Part shown: one piece after another, positions 27,351-38,270 of the stretch
How positions within the stretch are numbered: the stretch's first letter is position 1
Layout: each line of letters starts with the position of its first letter
DNA from: Lysobacterales bacterium
Lineage (GTDB): Bacteria; Pseudomonadota; Gammaproteobacteria; Xanthomonadales; SZUA-5
Direction of reading: 5' to 3'
Assembly (NCBI GenBank): GCA_022844165.1
Contig: JALHMH010000038.1
Location: forward strand, 1-42,169
DNA: 42,169 nt
Program-made: the position numbers and the translations under genes
The notes under the pieces: generated by a model
The model's database searches: none
What the model was told of the DNA's origin: nothing
What the model saw: the letters and a program-made list of their open reading frames with translations, nothing else

Positions 27351-29741
27351 TCATTTGGATGCCCTGAGGTGGGTCCGCAGAAAAGTCGCGATTTTCGGGT
27401 AGGTTTCGATCGCAGAGGCCAGGCCGACCAGCCCATGTCCGCCATCGTCCGTGGCGATGAGCTGAGCAACTGCCTGATCCTCCGTCATCCGACTCAGCAG
27501 TCGCAGCGCATGTTCGAATGGTGTAACCTCGTCGCGCCGATCCTGCACCAGTAAGACGGGGATTTTTGGACTCGCGCTGTGAACTGGCGAGAGTTCGCGA
27601 AGTAGTTGTGCATCTTTGATCGGATCTCCCAGATGTTTCGCGTAGAACTCGTACGCATGTTTGCTGCGAGAGGATGCCCCTGCGGTGAATATCAATGGCA
27701 AGTCGTACACGCCAGCGATGCCGATGGCGGCGCGATATCGATCCGGTCGCAACTGAGCAAGGCGAACCGCAGCGTAGGCGCCGTAACTCGTTCCCATGGC
27801 CGCAATTCTCAATGGGTCAACTGGGAATTGGGTCAATGCTGATGTGACGGCATCGTCGATATCGTCGATCATCCCGGTGCCGAACTGGCGGATGCCGCTG
27901 TCGCGGAATGCCTGTCCTTGGCCGGCCGATCCTCTGAAGTTCACTTGCAGCACTGCATACCCCAGCTTGGCGAAGTACTGTACTTCGTGATCGAAGGTTC
28001 TGACGTCCTGCACATCGATGGGGCCACCGTGCGGCAGCACCAGGAGCGGGAACTGACCGTCCACGCCGTCCGGCATCGTCATGAACGCCTCGATGTCCAT
28101 TCCGTCGCGGGAACGGAGGTTGAATCGAGTTGCCTGCGCGAAGCGACGATCCTTCAGATGCGGCGCGCTATGTGCGAGTGGCTCTGCTTTACGTTCTCTA
28201 ATCCAGTGTACGTAGTACTGGCCGGGTTCTGTTGGGCCATAGACGAAGAACAACTCTACGGTTCCGGCCTTCGCGATCGGAATGACGTTCTGGCCAGAGA
28301 ACTTTCGCTGCAGGGGGGCAATCCAGTCGGTCGCCGAAGCCACCGGTAGTTCGTAGCGCAATCCTGCGCGGTAATAAACGGCAGCGATGACCTCATCGTT
28401 GCGGCCGGATCGAACCGCAACAATGTCGGCCCCCGAGACGGCGGCGACCTCTTCGCCAAGTTCGCCGCTCTCATAGTCAAAGACGCGCAACGTGCCGAAC
28501 TCGCGGTCGCGCTGACTGATCGCCAGAATTCTGCCCTTCGAGTCGAAGCCAACCGGTAAGATCGCTTCATCCTCGTTGAGTGCGATATTGAAACCGTGTT
28601 TTCGTCCTTTGTCGTCGAGATACACCATCTTCTGCGCATCGGCATTGTCGCTGTCAACAGCAACTAACCTCACGACCCCGGCGGCGTCTAAGAGTGCCCA
28701 TCGGGCGCGCCTGGGCATGTCCTGATGGGCGCGAATTTTCTTCGCCTCGGCCATATTCATCCCGCCGTCCAAGGCGAATCGAATGACCTCATGACCGCGA
28801 CCTTTGAGTGTGTATACCAATTCGCCCGTGTCCGGAACTACGCCCAACAGACTGCCCGGGGGAAGCGAAAGGGGCCTGACATTTGCCAGGCTTTTTGTTT
28901 CAAGCGCAATTTGACCGTCGTTATGCCAAACGAGCAACGTCGACGAATTCGACCATGCCGCTTTCCGCACGTGAGTGCCGCGATACACAGTCCGCTGCTC
29001 GAAGGAACTCAGCTCAATCAGATTCAACGTCGAACGGTCCCGAACGCGATTCTCCTCCAACGCGAAACGACCATCCGGCGAGAGCGCGAGTACCCAATTC
29101 TCGCGCGGTCGGAACATGATCTCGGAGAGATCGCGGTCGCCTAGCGAGCTGTCGGCGATTTGCTCGCTGGTGTGCTCCACGAAACTCTCATTATTCCGTC
29201 CATCGTAGTACGGGTCGGGGTACGCGCGAGCATGTCGCCAGGGGTACCTTGTCATTGCGCCAGGGAACTCCCTGGCCAGATAGGCTCGCGCATTGGATGC
29301 GGTGTTTTCGATGGTGACGGTGCGCCGTTTGAGATCGCCCATCGATTCGATTCGACCAACGTAGTTGATCGCGCCGGCAACCACGGTGAATTCGTTGTTC
29401 CAGTTGTCGCTGACATCCCACATCAGGCGAAAGTTCCGAAATTCAAATTGCAAAGACTTGAGCCTGTACTTGCCGGCTGGCAAAGCCATGACACGAGTGT
29501 ATTTCCCGGCCTCAAGGTCTTTGATTTCGGGGATGCTCAAAAATCCGTCGATTCGATCAAGGCTGATGCGTTTCAGCGCCAAATCGAGCGAAATGTCGAA
29601 AACGACCACACCTTCGTTGGCGCCAATTTCGATCTGATCGCCCGGCTGGAATTGGTCCGCATGCGCGAAGCTGTTAAGCGAGAAGCTGATGGCCAGCGCG
29701 AGCGCGAGGCTCAAGAGTGTGGACAAGATGATCTGCGGCAT
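27351..29741 (-). CDS. S9 family (prolyl oligopeptidase/acylaminoacyl peptidase-like) exported peptidase
   Basis: Signal peptide; HGGP, NFRGS, GTSYG, DEVT and GGHG catalytic motifs. Confidence 0.88.
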   Translation of the reverse strand: MPQIILSTLLSLALALAISFSLNSFAHADQFQPGDQIEIGANEGVVVFDISLDLALKRISLDRIDGFLSIPEIKDLEAGKYTRVMALPAGKYRLKSLQFEFRNFRLMWDVSDNWNNEFTVVAGAINYVGRIESMGDLKRRTVTIENTASNARAYLAREFPGAMTRYPWRHARAYPDPYYDGRNNESFVEHTSEQIADSSLGDRDLSEIMFRPRENWVLALSPDGRFALEENRVRDRSTLNLIELSSFEQRTVYRGTHVRKAAWSNSSTLLVWHNDGQIALETKSLANVRPLSLPPGSLLGVVPDTGELVYTLKGRGHEVIRFALDGGMNMAEAKKIRAHQDMPRRARWALLDAAGVVRLVAVDSDNADAQKMVYLDDKGRKHGFNIALNEDEAILPVGFDSKGRILAISQRDREFGTLRVFDYESGELGEEVAAVSGADIVAVRSGRNDEVIAAVYYRAGLRYELPVASATDWIAPLQRKFSGQNVIPIAKAGTVELFFVYGPTEPGQYYVHWIRERKAEPLAHSAPHLKDRRFAQATRFNLRSRDGMDIEAFMTMPDGVDGQFPLLVLPHGGPIDVQDVRTFDHEVQYFAKLGYAVLQVNFRGSAGQGQAFRDSGIRQFGTGMIDDIDDAVTSALTQFPVDPLRIAAMGTSYGAYAAVRLAQLRPDRYRAAIGIAGVYDLPLIFTAGASSRSKHAYEFYAKHLGDPIKDAQLLRELSPVHSASPKIPVLLVQDRRDEVTPFEHALRLLSRMTEDQAVAQLIATDDGGHGLVGLASAIETYPKIATFLRTHLRASK

Positions 29742-29887
29742 AAGCTTGTTTAGGAGTGGCTTTGGGGCTTCGTCGCCCTCGGGCGACTGCTTCAGGACAA
29801 TACCGCGGAAAACTGCGACACGGCGACTGTAAAACTTTGTGTCTCGCGTTGGCGTTCTTGCGCGCTATCGTCATCGCCTGCAATTCA

Positions 29888-30077
29888 AGCGTCTGCAAAA
29901 TCGCCCCAACAAAACGCCTATGCTTCGATGCATTCGCATCAAGAACGGTAGTCCTATGAACAAACAGGCTTCGCTGGCCGATTTCGATCCTGAGTTAGCA
30001 GCGGCGATGGCCGCCGAGCTGGTGCGCCAGGAAGATCATGTGGAGTTGATTGCGTCGGAGAACTACGCCAGTCCGCG
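29888..30077 (+). repeat. Source copy of the 190-bp inverted repeat (glyA leader and 5' end)
   Basis: Reverse-complement match to 25143-25332. Confidence 0.95.
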
Positions 30078-31209
30078 CGTCATGGCAGCTCAGGGTTCGG
30101 TGCTGACGAACAAGTATGCGGAAGGGTATCCGGGCAAACGGTATTACGGCGGGTGCGAGCATGTCGATGTCGCAGAACAGCTGGCCATCGATCGCGCTAA
30201 GGCCCTGTTTGCGGCCGACTATGCCAATGTGCAGCCACATTCCGGTTCGCAGGCGAATGCCGCAGTGTACCTGGCGCTACTGAATCCGGGCGACACGATC
30301 CTGGGTATGAGTCTGGCGCATGGCGGCCATTTGACTCACGGCGCCAAGGTGAACTTTTCCGGAAAACTGTTCAATGCGGTGCAATACGGGCTCGATCCAA
30401 AGACCGAGCTGATCGATTACGTGGAGATGGAACGCCTGGCGCACGAGCACCGACCCAAAATGCTCATCGGTGGATTCTCGGCGTATTCGCAAGTGGTCGA
30501 TTGGGCGCGGATGGCGGATATCGCCAGGTCCGTTGGCGCCTGGTTCGTTGTCGATATGGCGCATGTGGCTGGATTGGTCGCCGCTGGTGTTTATCCAAGC
30601 CCGCTGCCCTTCGCCGATGTGGTGACGAGTACCACGCACAAGACCTTACGAGGCCCGCGTGGCGGCATCATCCTCGCCAGGTCCAATGCTGACATTGAAA
30701 AAAAACTTCAGTCGCTGGTGTTTCCCGGCACGCAGGGCGGCCCGTTGATGCACGTCATCGCCGCCAAAGCGGTGGCTTTTCTGGAGGCGCTCGATCCGGA
30801 TTTCAAAGCCTATCAGGCGCAGGTGGTCAAGAACGCCCAGGCGATGGCTGAAACGCTGGTCGCGCGTGGTTTCAAGATCGTCTCTGGAGGTACGAAAAAT
30901 CATCTGTTTCTGCTCAGTCTGGTGGGTCAGGAGCTCACCGGAAAAGATGCCGAAGCCGCGCTGGGCGCGGCGCATATTACGGTCAACAAAAACGCAGTTC
31001 CCGGCGATCCGCGTTCCCCGTTCGTGACCAGCGGCTTGCGGATTGGTACGCCGGCGATCACCACACGCGGGTATCTGGAAAGCGATGCACGCGAATTGGC
31101 CGGTTGGATAGCCGACGTGCTTGCTGCCCCAGCAGACACAGCGGTGATCGCCCGTGTCCGCGAAGCGGTGACTGCGCAGTGTCGGCGTCTTCCCGTGCAC
31201 GCAAACTAG
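29956..31209 (+). CDS. glyA: Serine hydroxymethyltransferase
   Basis: [29 protein letters not shown] and [13 protein letters not shown] motifs. Confidence 0.98.
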   Translation: MNKQASLADFDPELAAAMAAELVRQEDHVELIASENYASPRVMAAQGSVLTNKYAEGYPGKRYYGGCEHVDVAEQLAIDRAKALFAADYANVQPHSGSQANAAVYLALLNPGDTILGMSLAHGGHLTHGAKVNFSGKLFNAVQYGLDPKTELIDYVEMERLAHEHRPKMLIGGFSAYSQVVDWARMADIARSVGAWFVVDMAHVAGLVAAGVYPSPLPFADVVTSTTHKTLRGPRGGIILARSNADIEKKLQSLVFPGTQGGPLMHVIAAKAVAFLEALDPDFKAYQAQVVKNAQAMAETLVARGFKIVSGGTKNHLFLLSLVGQELTGKDAEAALGAAHITVNKNAVPGDPRSPFVTSGLRIGTPAITTRGYLESDARELAGWIADVLAAPADTAVIARVREAVTAQCRRLPVHAN

Positions 31210-31228
31210 CGCAAAGAACCCGCGCCCG

Positions 31229-31735
31229 ATGCGATGTCCATTTTGCAATCACGACGACACGCGCGTGGTTGATTCGCGGGTGACGGAAGACGGCATGCAA
31301 ATCCGCCGTCGCCGCGAATGCCCCAACTGCAGCGCGCGCTTTTCGACCTACGAGACTGCCGAAATCAAGATGCCATCGATTGTCAAGCGCGATGGCCGGC
31401 GCGAGGCCTTCAGTGAGCAAAAACTGCGTGGTGGACTGGCTCGCGCATTCGAAAAGCGCCCTGTGTCGATCGTCGATATCGACCACGTTGTCGATGTTGT
31501 GATGCGTCATTTGCGAACCAGCGGCGAGCGCGAGGTGCCGGCTGGAAAAATGGGCGAGTGGGTGATGGAGGAACTCAAGCGCATCGATCAAGTCGCCTAT
31601 GTGCGCTTTGCATCGGTGTATCGGCGTTTCGAGGATGTGCAGGCTTTCCGCGAAGAAGTCGAACGATTGGAAAAAGAGCTGCCTGGACTGAGCTCGCAGC
31701 AGCTGCCGTTGCTGAGCGACCTGCCGAAAAAATGA
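31229..31735 (+). CDS. nrdR: Transcriptional repressor NrdR
   Basis: MRCPFC..TRVVDSR..IRRRREC..C..RFSTYE, ATP-cone, [10 protein letters not shown]. Confidence 0.97.
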   Translation: MRCPFCNHDDTRVVDSRVTEDGMQIRRRRECPNCSARFSTYETAEIKMPSIVKRDGRREAFSEQKLRGGLARAFEKRPVSIVDIDHVVDVVMRHLRTSGEREVPAGKMGEWVMEELKRIDQVAYVRFASVYRRFEDVQAFREEVERLEKELPGLSSQQLPLLSDLPKK

Positions 31736-32196
31736 CGGTTGCGATTGTCCCGTTGAGTTCGGTTCCAGGCCACGTCGATCGTTTGGCGGATTGGCATTTT
31801 CGCGAGTGGGGCACGCTCATGGCGCCGTGGTCGCTCGATGGGGCCAGGCGCGAGTTGGTATCGCACCTGGACGGCGAGTTTCCGACCACGTTTGTGGCCT
31901 TGTCCGCCCACGGGGATGTACTGGGTTCGGCCAGTTTGATTGCGGAGGATGCTCCGGAGTTGAGCGCTTACAGTCCGTGGTTGGCGAGCCTTATTGTGCA
32001 CCCCGACTGGCGCGGTCGCGGCATTGGTACGCGTTTGACTGAAGCGGTAGTCGAACGTGCTCGCTGGTGTGGGTTCCGGGCGGTTTTCTTGTTCACCGCT
32101 GACCGTTGTGGGTTTTACCATCGGCTGGGTTGGCGTACCGAACGGCAAACCTGGCTTGGGACGGTGCAGGTCGATGTCATGGCCAGACCGTTATGA
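31732..32196 (+). CDS. GNAT family acetyltransferase
   Basis: [17 protein letters not shown] acetyl-CoA motif A and FYHRLGW; ATGA overlaps at both ends. Confidence 0.85.
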   Translation: MTVAIVPLSSVPGHVDRLADWHFREWGTLMAPWSLDGARRELVSHLDGEFPTTFVALSAHGDVLGSASLIAEDAPELSAYSPWLASLIVHPDWRGRGIGTRLTEAVVERARWCGFRAVFLFTADRCGFYHRLGWRTERQTWLGTVQVDVMARPL

Positions 32197-33269
32197 CGGA
32201 TATCGAATACATGCGCCGCGCGATTGAGCTGGCCGCGCGCGGCAGCTACACGACTGACCCGAATCCGCGTGTCGGCTGCGTGATTGTGCGCGGCGGCGAA
32301 ATCGTCGGTGAGGGTTGGCATCAATGGACCGGGCAGGCACATGCCGAAGCACACGCGCTGAGCGCAGCAGGTGACCGCGCAAGCGGTGCAACCGCGTATG
32401 TCACACTCGAGCCCTGCGCCCACCACGGCCGAACGCCACCGTGCGTCGATGCGCTGATCGCGGCTGGTATTGATCGCGTTGTGATCGCCACTGAAGATCC
32501 GTTTCCTGCAGTCGCTGGCCGCGGCATCGCGCGCCTGACCAAGGCAGGCGTCGCCGTCAGTCTTGGATTGCTGAGCGACGAGGCCAGGGAACTCAACCTC
32601 GGGTTCTTGACACGAATGACGCGCCATCGTCCCTATGTGCGCCTCAAGTTGGCGCAGTCGGCGGACGGCCGAATCGCGCTGCCGGACGGTCGCAGCCAAT
32701 GGATCAGTGGGCCCGATGCGCGGCATGACGTGCATCGTTGGCGCGCACGATCGAGTGCCATTCTGACCGGCATCGGCACGGTGCTCGCGGACGACCCCAG
32801 GCTTACGGTGCGCTTGCCCGGTCACCCACCGATGCGCGATGTGGTGCGCATCGTTCTCGATCGCCACGCCCGACTCCAGCAAAGCGCCCGGCTTCTCGCC
32901 GAGCCAGGCCCGATCATTCATGCGACGCTGGCGCACAAGCCCTCGCCCCTGGGCGGGCGTGTTGAGCCGCTGGCGCTCACTGATGCGCATAGTTCCGAAC
33001 AGTTGGCCCGCTTGATGTTCGCATTGGGGCAGCGGGCGCTCAACGACATCTGGGTAGAGGCGGGCGCAACGTTATCGGGCGCGCTTCTGTCCAGTGGGCT
33101 GGTCGATGAGATCGTGCTCTACATCGCACCGAGTATCTTCGGCCATGCGTCGATGCCGGCATTCCTGGTATCGGCACCTCAATCGCCAAACGCACATCAC
33201 TGGCGCTGGATTGCAGTCGAGCAGGTCGGAGACGATCTGCGCGCAGTACTTCGACCAGCTCAACTTTGA
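32193..33269 (+). CDS. ribD: Riboflavin biosynthesis deaminase/reductase
   Basis: PNPRVGCV, HAE, TLEPCAHHGRTPPC, GIGTVLADDP and VEAG motifs. Confidence 0.95.
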   Translation: MTDIEYMRRAIELAARGSYTTDPNPRVGCVIVRGGEIVGEGWHQWTGQAHAEAHALSAAGDRASGATAYVTLEPCAHHGRTPPCVDALIAAGIDRVVIATEDPFPAVAGRGIARLTKAGVAVSLGLLSDEARELNLGFLTRMTRHRPYVRLKLAQSADGRIALPDGRSQWISGPDARHDVHRWRARSSAILTGIGTVLADDPRLTVRLPGHPPMRDVVRIVLDRHARLQQSARLLAEPGPIIHATLAHKPSPLGGRVEPLALTDAHSSEQLARLMFALGQRALNDIWVEAGATLSGALLSSGLVDEIVLYIAPSIFGHASMPAFLVSAPQSPNAHHWRWIAVEQVGDDLRAVLRPAQL

Positions 33270-33277
33270 GACGATCA

Positions 33278-33859
33278 ATGTTCACTGGATTGGTTCGCGC
33301 AATTGGGCGTATCGAAAGAGCGGTTGCTACGGAGAATGGCAAGCGCCTCGTGGTGCGTTACCCCGTGGGTACGCTGGGTCCTGTTGCGCTGGGCGACAGT
33401 ATCTGCGTCAGCGGCGTGTGTTTGACCGCTCTTGAACCGAACGCAGGTTCGTTTGCAGCGGATGTGTCCGGCGAGACGCTCCAGCGGACCTTGCTCGGAT
33501 CGCTGGCTGCGGGCGACGGCGTCAATCTGGAGCCTTCGCTGACGCCATCCACCTTACTTGGCGGCCATTTGGTCACGGGTCATATCGATGCAACCGGCCG
33601 CGTATTGGCGTTCGACGGGGAGCGCTGGACATTTGCATTGCCCCACGATCTGGCGCAATTTGTGGCGGTCAAAGGTTCGATTGCCGTCAACGGCGTCAGC
33701 TTGACCGTCAACAGCGTTGCCGACGATCGTTTTGGCGTCACACTGATTCCGCACACGCTCATGCACACCACATTTGGCGAAATTCAGTCTGGCGCCATCG
33801 TCAATCTTGAGGTCGATCTGGTCGCGCGCTATGTGGCTCGGCTCTTGAATCGCAGCTAA
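33278..33859 (+). CDS. ribE: Riboflavin synthase (alpha chain)
   Basis: MFTG N-terminus, GDSI...GVCLT, GGHLVTGHID, KGSIAVNGVSLT, VNLEVD. Confidence 0.93.
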   Translation: MFTGLVRAIGRIERAVATENGKRLVVRYPVGTLGPVALGDSICVSGVCLTALEPNAGSFAADVSGETLQRTLLGSLAAGDGVNLEPSLTPSTLLGGHLVTGHIDATGRVLAFDGERWTFALPHDLAQFVAVKGSIAVNGVSLTVNSVADDRFGVTLIPHTLMHTTFGEIQSGAIVNLEVDLVARYVARLLNRS

Positions 33860-33920
33860 CGCGCCCTATTTGGCGCTCGGGTTCGCAGACGCGAACGTAC
33901 ACGCAAAACGGAGTTTGCCC

Positions 33921-34235
33921 ATGCCGATCTATGCTTTTGAATGCGATGCCTGCGGCCATCGTTTCGACCGCTTGCAAAAACTCTCCGACCCGGACCCGGA
34001 GACGTGCGAAAAATGCGGCGCATCGCGCGTCAGGCGCTCGATCACCGCGGCGGCCTTCCGTCTCAAAGGGGGTGGTTGGTACGAAACTGACTTTAAGGGC
34101 GACAAAGACAAGAAGCGCAATCTGGTCGAAGGCGCAGCTACGGAGAGCGGCAGCGAAGCCAAACCGGCAGAAACCAAATCGGAACCCAAGCCGGCAGAAG
34201 TGGCAACGAAGCCCGAAAGCAGCCCGGCGACTTGA
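33921..34235 (+). CDS. FmdB family zinc-ribbon protein
   Basis: MPIYAFECDACGH..CEKCG..FRLKGGGWYETDF with a low-complexity tail. Confidence 0.9.
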   Translation: MPIYAFECDACGHRFDRLQKLSDPDPETCEKCGASRVRRSITAAAFRLKGGGWYETDFKGDKDKKRNLVEGAATESGSEAKPAETKSEPKPAEVATKPESSPAT

Positions 34236-34290
34236 AGTTCGGCATGCCTGTGATCGAATTTGCCCCTGTTGAAGGAGGCCAACCGAGATC

Positions 34291-35571
34291 TTACCCACGG
34301 CTTACGCCCTGCAAATTGCCGCCTGCGGGGCTCGTATCCGTGCGCCTGCGTGCTGCCGCGGCGTCGCTCGTGCGATGATGTTCTGTTAGTCGCCGTCCGA
34401 CGATACGCGGCCCGCCGTCGCTGGACTCGGTCCAAACCAACATGGCGACCGAGCCGTTGGCAGCCAATTTGGGCATGCCGATATCCCGTCCGCGCGGCAA
34501 CGCCGCGATTGCAACTCGCGACTGCTCTGCCAGGGCTGAATTAAAGCGCGCGAGGCGAAGCGTCGTGCCGTCCGCTGCATCGCCCAGCCAAGTGATCAGC
34601 CAGTCGTCACCGAACGCTACCGCATCGACGCGACCGAGAGCGTCTCCGCGTTCCAACTCTCGCATAGCGCCCGACGACAGTTTTGCCCGGACCGCCAGTC
34701 CCGCGCCCCCGCCCATGGTCGCCCAGGCGACGAGGGTGTCGGTGCCGCGGGTAGCAATCGCCGGGCCATTCACTGGACAAGCGGCGATGGTCCACAGGTC
34801 GGGATGTACGATGCCTTCGTCGTGCCAGGATGTGCCGTCGAAACGCGCCATCCCGATATCTCGTACTTCGTCGTCGGTTCGGTTACGAAACACGACGCGA
34901 AACTCGCCGCTGTGCAGCCGCACCAGATCGGTGGGACAGCAGGAGCACACGTTGTTGTCGATTTCATGCTGATGCGTCAGGACATCGGTACGCGAAAACA
35001 CGGCGCTACGCAGGGTCATGTTTCCGCCGGCATCGCCATGATGGTCATGATCATGGGCGCCGCCCGTGTGGCGACCGTCCAGCCAGACCATGAGGACGCG
35101 GTCGTTGCCGGCGCGAGCCATGGACACGAATCCATGTTCGGTTGGCGTGCCATCGTCGTGAATCGTGGTTGGCGCCGACCAGCTCAGGCCTTGATCGCGC
35201 GAGCGCGTGGCGCGCACGTCGTAGGCGTAGGTTCCGTCGCCCGATTTTTGCAACCAGAAGCTGACCCAGTCGCCGTTCTCGGTGACCAGCAACGAAGGGA
35301 AATCGGCCCAGTTGACGAACCAGTCGCAACCACGCGCTACTTCACGAACAGGGCCCAGACGGCCTCGCGCTGAAAGAGCGGCAGCACGCAGCGCTACACA
35401 GCCATCGCCCAGCTTGGACTGCCACGACAGGACAAATCCGCGATCCCCGTCGGTTGTCAGACTCGGTTGAGCCGCAGCGCCGATGGCATCGAGCGTCAGC
35501 GGCTCAGTTTTCAGCGCCGCGGCGCTCGCGCCGGTCGTCAAAAACGCCGCTGCCAGGAAACTTCGTACCAT
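34291..35571 (-). CDS. Exported BNR/sialidase-like beta-propeller hypothetical protein
   Basis: Signal peptide, WFVNWADFPS, Asp-box SRDQGLSWS, EHGFVS, WLDGR, CSCC and CPVNGP. Confidence 0.8.
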   Translation of the reverse strand: MVRSFLAAAFLTTGASAAALKTEPLTLDAIGAAAQPSLTTDGDRGFVLSWQSKLGDGCVALRAAALSARGRLGPVREVARGCDWFVNWADFPSLLVTENGDWVSFWLQKSGDGTYAYDVRATRSRDQGLSWSAPTTIHDDGTPTEHGFVSMARAGNDRVLMVWLDGRHTGGAHDHDHHGDAGGNMTLRSAVFSRTDVLTHQHEIDNNVCSCCPTDLVRLHSGEFRVVFRNRTDDEVRDIGMARFDGTSWHDEGIVHPDLWTIAACPVNGPAIATRGTDTLVAWATMGGGAGLAVRAKLSSGAMRELERGDALGRVDAVAFGDDWLITWLGDAADGTTLRLARFNSALAEQSRVAIAALPRGRDIGMPKLAANGSVAMLVWTESSDGGPRIVGRRLTEHHRTSDAAAARRRTDTSPAGGNLQGVSRG

Positions 35572-35887
35572 CGTGGCTCTCCCAGCATGAAATGGTTGGC
35601 CGCATTGTAGGGGCGCGTTGCGTAGGCGGGCGCGCCGATGTTCAGGGCGCTGTAACGCAGCAATCGGCGCAGGCCGATAGCGCCGATGCTGGCGCCGATG
35701 GGCCATGGCAATGCGGCTGCGAGCATGCAATCGACAACGAGCAACCGCAATGATGTCGTGGCAACATTCGCAAGCAGCCCGATGGAGAATCGACGATATG
35801 CAGCGCTTGGTCCGACGCCGCCCGACATCATGCGCTGAACCGACAAATAGGCCGCGTTTTTGTCAGGCAATCGCGTACGGATTCGCT

Positions 35888-37054
35888 ATGGCGATCTTCT
35901 GTTTGCCTGGCGGTTGTCGTGGCGTCGACGAGCCACTGTCATCGAATCGCGCCGCCGGAGACGCCGTGCAACTGCGAATCGCAACCTTCAATACCGCACT
36001 CGCGGGCGATGCTCCCGGTGCCTTGGTCGAGCGCCTGACGGGTGATGAGGACACGCAGGCGCAAGCAATTGCGGCGATCCTGCAGCGTGTCCGTCCGGAT
36101 ATCGTGCTGCTGAACGAGTTCGACTACGATCCGGAGGGTCGCGCGGTCGATCAGTTTCTCGCCAACTATCTGGCCCGTGCGCAACGCGGTGAGGCGCCAC
36201 TTCGTTACGAATTTCGCTACTTTGCGACCGTCAACACCGGTGTGCCGAGCGGTTTTGACCTGAATGCCAACGGACGCAGCGACGATCCGGACGATGGGTT
36301 CGGTTTCGGGCGATATCCAGGCCAATACGGCATGCTGTTGTTGAGTCGCTTTCCGATCGCTCAGTCCGAGATCAGGCGCTTTCAGTTGTTACGCTGGTCA
36401 GCAATGCCGGGCGCGCTCAAGCCAGTGAATCCGGATGGCACCGACTACTACCCGCCATCCGCCTGGTCCTCGCTACGCCTCAGTTCGAAGAGCCATTGGG
36501 ATGTTCCGATCGATATCGACGGCCGGCGTTTGCATGTGCTCGCGGCACATCCAACGCCGCCGGCGTTCGATGGTCCTGAAAAGCGCAATGCGCGGCGCAA
36601 TCACGACGAGATTCGGCTTTGGGTCGATTATCTTGAACCCACCGCAGCTTCCTGGATCGTCGACGATGGTGGAGCGTCTGGCGGTTTGCCGCGCGATCGT
36701 GACTTCGTGATCCTCGGCGATCTGAACGCCGATCCGAATCGCGGCAGTGGATTCCCCGGCGCAATTCGTCAACTGCTCAATCACCCGCGAGTCGACTCCA
36801 GCGTCGTTCCACAGAGCGCCGGCGCGGTCTCGGCGGCGCAACGAGCCGGGCTTGCTGAGGTCGACGCGCATCGCGCCGACACAGCTGACTTCTCGGAGCC
36901 CGTGCCCGGCAACTTGCGTGTCGACTATGTCTTGCCATCGCGAGGCTTGGACATCGTCGCTGGCGGCGTGTTCTGGCCTGCCGAGGGTGAGACAGCCGAT
37001 TGGGTGCGCGCGTCCGATCACCGGTTGGTCTGGATGGACGTTCGCATTGAGTAG
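35888..37054 (+). CDS. Endonuclease/exonuclease/phosphatase family protein
   Basis: [31 protein letters not shown] and SDHRLVW motifs; start uncertain. Confidence 0.85.
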   Translation: MAIFCLPGGCRGVDEPLSSNRAAGDAVQLRIATFNTALAGDAPGALVERLTGDEDTQAQAIAAILQRVRPDIVLLNEFDYDPEGRAVDQFLANYLARAQRGEAPLRYEFRYFATVNTGVPSGFDLNANGRSDDPDDGFGFGRYPGQYGMLLLSRFPIAQSEIRRFQLLRWSAMPGALKPVNPDGTDYYPPSAWSSLRLSSKSHWDVPIDIDGRRLHVLAAHPTPPAFDGPEKRNARRNHDEIRLWVDYLEPTAASWIVDDGGASGGLPRDRDFVILGDLNADPNRGSGFPGAIRQLLNHPRVDSSVVPQSAGAVSAAQRAGLAEVDAHRADTADFSEPVPGNLRVDYVLPSRGLDIVAGGVFWPAEGETADWVRASDHRLVWMDVRIE

Positions 37055-37113
37055 CAATCGCCAGCTTAACGATGACCGATGAGAGATTGCTCCTGCAGGC
37101 AAAGCTGAGGAGA

Positions 37114-38160
37114 ATGGGGGCAGTTTTGTCACTGAGTGCCAGTGTGAGCGAAAGTCCGTCGAACCCAACCCCAGTCAACCTGCGCCAGTTGTGCGCACCC
37201 TTCGCCAAACCGCATCTCGGCCGCGCGCTCTGGCAAATCGCCAATACGCTCGTGCCATTCCTGGCCTTGTGGACGTTGATGGCCTACGTGGTGTATCGCG
37301 AGTGGAATTACCTTTGTGTGCTTGCGCTGGCGCTGCCCACTGCTGGTCTGTATGTCCGCCTCTTTATCATCCAGCACGATTGTGGGCATGGGTCGTTTTT
37401 CGCCAGTTCGCGTGCGAACAACGCGCTCGGTGCGATGCTTGGCGTGATTACGCTCTTCCCTTATAGCTACTGGCGCAAGACACACGCTGTGCATCACGGT
37501 ACCAGCGGCAATCTGGACCGCCGCGAGTTTGGCGATGTCGATACACTGACCGTTCGGGAGTACCTGGCACGATCCTGGTTTGGTCGCTTCTGCTACCGCT
37601 TCTATCGAAGTGCGCCGGTGTTGCTGCTCATCGGACCGATGTATCAATTCGTTGTCAAGCACCGATTTCCTTTTGATTTGCCATGGTCCTGGAGAAAAGA
37701 ATGGGCCAGCGTCTGGCTCAACAATCTGGCGCTATTGGCCATGATTCTTACGCTCGCGTACTTTGTTGGCTGGAAAGTCGCGCTGTTCGTACATCTGCCG
37801 ATTGTGCTCATAGCGGGTGCGCTGGGTGTGTGGCTGTTTTATGTGCAACACACGTTCGAGGACGCCTATTGGGTGCATCAGGCCGATTGGAGCGCTGAAG
37901 AGGCTGCTGTGCGCGGCAGCTCGTATTACGATTTGCCGCGTTGGTTGCACTGGTTCACCGGCAACATCGGTTACCACCACATTCACCACCTCGCCAGCCG
38001 TATCCCGAATTACCGACTGCGTGAAGCCTTCAAATCGCATCCGCTATTGCAAAAGGCGCCGCGACTGACGCTCTGGCGTAGCCTCAAGAGTGCGCGCTTG
38101 AAACTGTGGGATGAAGACCTGCAGAAAATGGTGGGTTTCCCGCGGCGTGCTCGAAGCTAA
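37114..38160 (+). CDS. Membrane fatty acid (acyl-lipid) desaturase
   Basis: Three His boxes HDCGH, HAVHH and HHIHH; start uncertain (37072-37144). Confidence 0.9.
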   Translation: MGAVLSLSASVSESPSNPTPVNLRQLCAPFAKPHLGRALWQIANTLVPFLALWTLMAYVVYREWNYLCVLALALPTAGLYVRLFIIQHDCGHGSFFASSRANNALGAMLGVITLFPYSYWRKTHAVHHGTSGNLDRREFGDVDTLTVREYLARSWFGRFCYRFYRSAPVLLLIGPMYQFVVKHRFPFDLPWSWRKEWASVWLNNLALLAMILTLAYFVGWKVALFVHLPIVLIAGALGVWLFYVQHTFEDAYWVHQADWSAEEAAVRGSSYYDLPRWLHWFTGNIGYHHIHHLASRIPNYRLREAFKSHPLLQKAPRLTLWRSLKSARLKLWDEDLQKMVGFPRRARS

Positions 38161-38270
38161 GGGCAGAGCAGATGGTGCCCCATGAAGGTCAGGAGAAGTG
38201 TTGTTCGGATGCCTGAAGTTCGTGTCGCAGCTCTGCTCAACCACATTGGTCGTGCGACTTCGCGTCACGA

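Noticed and set aside
29750-29955. ZTP (pfl) riboswitch upstream of glyA
   Set aside because: Only short fragments (CGACTG, CGCCTG) resemble it; the conserved GACTGGCG and CGCCTGGGC elements are absent. An Rfam scan would settle it.
35600-35720. GTAG-type REP or hairpins in the divergent intergenic region
   Set aside because: Short GC-rich stems only, with no second copy in the window.
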